A stretch of DNA of 64,000 nucleotides from Camelus ferus (Eukaryota), in assembly GCF_009834535.1 (NCBI RefSeq), contig NC_045714.1, forward strand, positions 40,982,001 through 41,046,000, given 5' to 3'. The notes under the pieces are model-generated. The model had not been told where the DNA came from and did no database searches. It worked only from the letters and a program-made list of their open reading frames with translations. Both the position numbers and the translations under genes were made by a program. Below are positions 59,721-64,000 of the stretch, piece after piece (position 1 is the first letter of the stretch; each line of letters opens with the position of its first letter).

Positions 59721-60814
59721 GCCCCGAGGGTGAGCCCCTCACAGGGGTAGCAAGATGCTGTTGCTGGTGGTGGGGTGGTGCAAACTGAGTCATAGTTCAG
59801 AGACATCCAGCCATGAAGCCTCAATTTCACTGCTCACAGCAGGTTCTCCAGAGAGTCTCTTCTTCCCCCACAACTGGAGTCCATGAGTTAATTATATGTG
59901 TTTTTAAAAGGGAGTTAACTATTGTACGGCAATGCCTTTTTCTTACACATGGTGAGTCAACATGGGCAGAGAAGCCTTTCTTAAGAGAACACCCCTCGCT
60001 ACACATGATCTCATTAGGAGTTTGGCATTTTGAATAGTTCAGCTTGTAAACCCAGGGACACCTGTGCAGGTGACTTAGTCTCTGTCACTGGCGATGACTG
60101 GCCACCATAGTAAAATGACCGTGACCTGATTCCTTCTTGTGTTAGAAAAACTGACTTTATACTTGGCAGTACTGGGGCAAGGGGTACAATGAAAATGGAT
60201 GGGGAACAAAGAGGCAGCAGATACAGCTGCCTGCTTCCCTGTCTTGAGGTTTACTATGCAGTACATCATGTGTCTCAAAAAGACCAGCTGAGTCTGTTTC
60301 ATTTTCCATCCCCAAATGCCTCTTGCTTTGCACATGTATTTCAAAGACTTAGAGCTGTTTGCAGAACGCTGTTCTAACCACAGGATTTCCCATCTTGCAG
60401 CTGGAGAGTCTTCTATTCAAAAGGGCCTGGGACTTTCCAAGTGTTCAGTGTCATCATCTTAGCAGCATTCATCTCTCCTCTCTTGGGATTGACTCGCCAT
60501 GAGGCATCTCTAGCTGAAGACCAGCCAGGGTGGTTTTATCCACTTGCCCTGGCCACTGCCATGATCTTTGGCACCCCAGTGCTTCCAGGTTTGTTATTTT
60601 GGGCAGTGTTGTCAGCTAAAGAATTGTTTCCCTTGTTTTCATATCCATCCATAGTCACTAAAACTGTTCCCTTTCCCATAGACCTACTCTCCGTTGGTTC
60701 TCATGAATTAAGATAATCTACATTGGAGGCTGGTAGAAGAAACATTGGTGCCCTGCCCCAGCTTCAGTCTTTAAGTGTGCTCTCACCTACTTTGAACTGC
60801 TAAAATCTGCATCT

Positions 60815-61045
60815 CTGTGCCTACAGGATTCTCCCCTAACAGAACCCTGAAAGTTTGCTCTGCCTGCTTGAACAGCAGACCAGATGGATGTTCCAGAAAC
60901 AGACCCCAATCAATGACTGCCAGGTATTGATGTATAAATGCCCTGGACCATTTATTCCAAGGGTGGGTTAGTTTGTACTGTTTCCCAGAATTTACCCAAG
61001 GTAACCAGCTTAAAAATGTATCATTAACTGGCTTCCTTCCAAGCA
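60815..61045 (+). mobile_element. Degraded LTR16-like fragment
   Basis: caatcaatgactgccaggtattgatgtataaatgccc...gtactgttttcccagaattt. Confidence 0.4.
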
Positions 61046-61054
61046 ATTGTGTAG

Positions 61055-61500
61055 TCAACAGCTATTTATTGAGTGCCCACTGTTTGCCTGGCACTGTTCT
61101 AGACTCAGGATGTAAATAATGAGTGAAATTGATGTGGTTCTTGCTGTCTAGTGGGAGAAACAGATAACAATCATACAGAAATGTACATTTTCAAAATCAC
61201 ACTCAGTGCTATTAGGACCCAAACAAAGTATATATACGATGAGGGTAATTAAGTGATTTATCTACATCATGCAGTGGGGGAGGAAGGCCCCCACTGGGGA
61301 GGGGGTATTGAACCTGAGGTCTGAAGGATGAGAGAAGGTCAGCTGGGGGAATAAACCTTGCTAAAGTGTTGGAACAGGAGAGAATTTGGGGTGTTCTCGG
61401 AATGGAAGGAGAGCTGACCGAAGCAGAGGGTAGAGTGGTAGTCAATTAAGTTGGAGAGGCAGGTAGGGATGGGGGACCACCCATGACCTAGTAGAGTGCC
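61055..61500 (-). mobile_element. L2 3' region
   Basis: caacagctatttattgagtgcccactgtttgcctggcactgttctag...gaacctgaggtctgaaggatgagagaagg. Confidence 0.85.
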
Positions 61501-61504
61501 TAGG

Positions 61505-62165
61505 TGGGTGGGCACGTGTGTGTATATGCATTGGTGTTTGCATGAGCCTTGTGAGCCCGTGTGTGCCACTGTCTCCGGGGTCTGTGTTCACCCAGCGGTG
61601 TGCTAGTGAATAGGATGTGTTTGCATCTTGCCTATGTCTTCATCCACGTGGTGTTGTCTCTGTGTGTGTGGGTTTGTTTGTATATAAGGGCCTTTGCATT
61701 GATGTTTTCAATAGAGTTTTTGGTATTTACCTGTAAGTATGCATTCATGTATTTTTTCCCATGGTGGTACCTGGGTTCCCTTATGAGTGTGTTTGTGAAA
61801 TTATGTGATGAGTCTGTCATTGTGCAGGAAAGCGTGAGCTCCAGGGAGGGTGATTGTAAGTGCACATATTTGGATTGTGTTCTCGTATATGTGAGTTTAT
61901 AGCTGCCCGTGTGTGTGTTTTACGAGTATGGGTTTGTATGGGTGTCTGCATCTCTGTGTGAAGCTCTGGAAATAGCCTTGCCCTCAACCAGACCACAAAA
62001 TCTTGGAATTTTTATAGCCCACATTTGCTAGCAAGATGATAACTTTATTTGCAGTTACAGTTATGGTGGGTTTTATTTGATATTTTCAATATTCCTGGTT
62101 TTTAAAAAAAATCTGGATTCTAAATACTTTAATGTGAATGTGTGAATACGGGTGTGCATGTGTTG
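61505..62165. repeat. TG-rich low-complexity region
   Basis: Dispersed imperfect tgtg/tgca motifs; produces V/C/Y-rich spurious ORFs. Confidence 0.7.
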
Positions 62166-62634
62166 ATTTCTCTGATTTCCAGCAAGTCAGCTCCCACAAG
62201 GCCAGCATCCTTACCCCTGTCTTTATGAGTTAATGTCTTTATTTAGAAGTGAGTTTCAGACCTGGAGTAGAGCGGTGTCTTTAGGCAGCATTTTTTCTTT
62301 TTTCTCGGTTAACATCCTTGTTGTAAGATGATCCAGCAGCCTGATGCCTGGAGCCTCATGGATGTCCTTACAGACTGTTGTTGTCTGAGACGTGGAGACA
62401 GTAGCTCCCAGAGAAAGAAAGTGGGCAGCCGGAGCCTGGACTGTTACTTCTCCAGGGAGCAAGTGTGCCCAGTCCTTTGAGTGGACGTTCCTTACACTCC
62501 CTGATCCTGGGAACACACTCAAAATGATCCCTGCATAGTTATGGGATGTGGACTCTGGCATGACTCCTTCATGCAGCCTCTCATAATTGGTGCCCCATTT
62601 GTTCTTCCAGCTGGAATTGTAGAGTGCGACGAGG

Positions 62635-62820
62635 ACTTAGAAAGATTGACAACAAGCACCTACTGTGTAGCACAGGGAGCCATATTCAATATCTGGTGGA
62701 AACTATAATGGAAAAGAATCTGGAAAAGAACACACATGTATCACTGAATTTGCTGTACCTGAAACTAACACAACACTGTAAATACTATGCTTCAATTAAA
62801 CATATATAAAATATACATAA
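62635..62820 (+). mobile_element. Young L1 3' end fragment
   Basis: caacaagcacctactgtgtagcacagggagccatattcaatatc...gaaactaacacaacactgtaaat. Confidence 0.85.
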
Positions 62821-62964
62821 GACCTTCAGTGGGTTTAAATGTTCTTCCTTTCCTTAACCTTGTTCTTCTCACAAGGCAGTAAGTCCTTTGATCACAAATT
62901 CTCTGACCACAGAGAGTTTTCGGGAAACCCACCCTAACGCTTGGGGGAAGCTTTCTAAAAAATG

Positions 62965-63100
62965 CATCATAGTTATTGAGTGCTTTGTAGTTCTCCCCCC
63001 AGATTCTCTCACTACTTCATCTCCCTTGAGCCACAAAATATTCCTATGAAATAGAGAGCGAAGACCCTACCATTCCCATTTTACAGATGACTAAACTGAT
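62965..63100 (-). mobile_element. MIR SINE
   Basis: ccattcccattttacagatgactaaactga. Confidence 0.65.
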
Positions 63101-64000
63101 GAAGCTTGCAACCACACCCTTCGGAAGCAAAATGAACTCACCGTGGGCCAAGCATATTGAGAAAACTGAGAAGAAAATTAAAACAAATGAAGGCTTTGCT
63201 TCCATTCCCTGTTATCTTTCCAGTTAAATTACCTCGTTCCCTTTCGCTGCTGCAAACTTGGCTTTGCTAGTGCAGACCTGACCTGGATCTGTCCATGTTT
63301 TTGCATAGAGGATGACCTTAATGTATTTGTAGCCTCTACATGCTGTACACTAACGGCCACCCAGCAAATGCAAATGTGGTAAATGGAAAATGCATTTCAG
63401 GTGCAGATGAAACTGTCCCAGCGAGATAAATCACTGCAGTGACAGGGACGCTGGCTGTCCAGATACACGCTGAAAGTCTCTTTGAATTAAAAACAGAGTG
63501 TTTGATGATTTTGTGTCTCTCCCATCTGAAAATTTAATTTTCCGTGGGGTGGAGGAAGTGATCTGGGTCACTGACTTGCTCAGCCAGATTCTCACCAACA
63601 AAAAGGCATCATCTGGCTGAGTGGAAGTGATGGGAACCTTGGGAGAGATGACAGAATGAGGAGTTAAAATCAGGCACAATCAGATGATGGGAAAGTGATT
63701 TCAAACAATTGAGAGAAAGAAGTCAGCTTGAATCTGTGGGAGAAGGCTTCAAAATGCAGGGCAACAATGGCTGGAAAAATCTCTCGAGAGTGCAGTTCGG
63801 CCTGTGCAAATTTTTCCAGCAATGGAGATCATGGAGGAGTAACCAGAGAAACCAGTGCGGTTAGCCAGGGAGCTCTGATGAGCTCCAGCACAGAGGAGAC
63901 ACCCAGAACGATGGAAAGAAGGATTCAGGATCAAGAACAAAAAAGAAGAGGTGGCAGGGAAACAAGAAGACTGTGGCACCGAGGAGAAACTCACTGGGAC

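Noticed and set aside
60441-60716. Hydrophobic 91-aa ORF resembling a membrane protein
   Set aside because: Starts at a non-ATG codon, has no splice context or recognisable family, and its composition is explained by T-rich sequence.
1-64000. CRISPR arrays, operons, rRNA, snoRNA/miRNA or a novel multi-gene system
   Set aside because: The DNA is eukaryotic and repeat-dominated. I found no regularly spaced repeat-spacer array, no rRNA homology and no recognisable structured ncRNA; the only clear hairpin is the MADE2 MITE.

Overview
This is mammalian, repeat-dense, apparently intergenic (or deep intronic) DNA. It is most likely camelid (Camelus/Vicugna), judged from seven copies of a tRNA-derived SINE matching the camelid Vic-1 family. 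I cannot support any intact protein-coding gene; the ORFs I examined look like chance ORFs, repeat-derived ORFs or ORFs running through N gaps. The one recognisable gene-derived sequence is an old, 5'-truncated, disabled processed pseudogene of ATG3 (minus strand, ~44184-44880). Most of the rest is transposon remnants: MIR, L2, old and young L1, ERV1/ERVL/MaLR solo LTRs, and hAT and Tc1/mariner MITEs. There are also simple repeats and eight N gaps of 128-189 bp. The most notable structures are (i) a permuted two-piece templated insertion at 1559-1647 copied from 3063-3098 and 3370-3408, (ii) a triplicated target site at 27909/28103/28251 from two retro-insertions at one site, (iii) a twin-primed L1 followed by two more stacked L1 3' ends, (iv) an unidentified coding-like segment near 31.7-32.1 kb, and (v) a few unique CpG- or homeobox-motif-rich stretches that may be regulatory. 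I found no evidence for a novel multi-gene system. Repeat family names come from recalled consensus sequences, not a database search, and boundaries are approximate unless a TSD is quoted.
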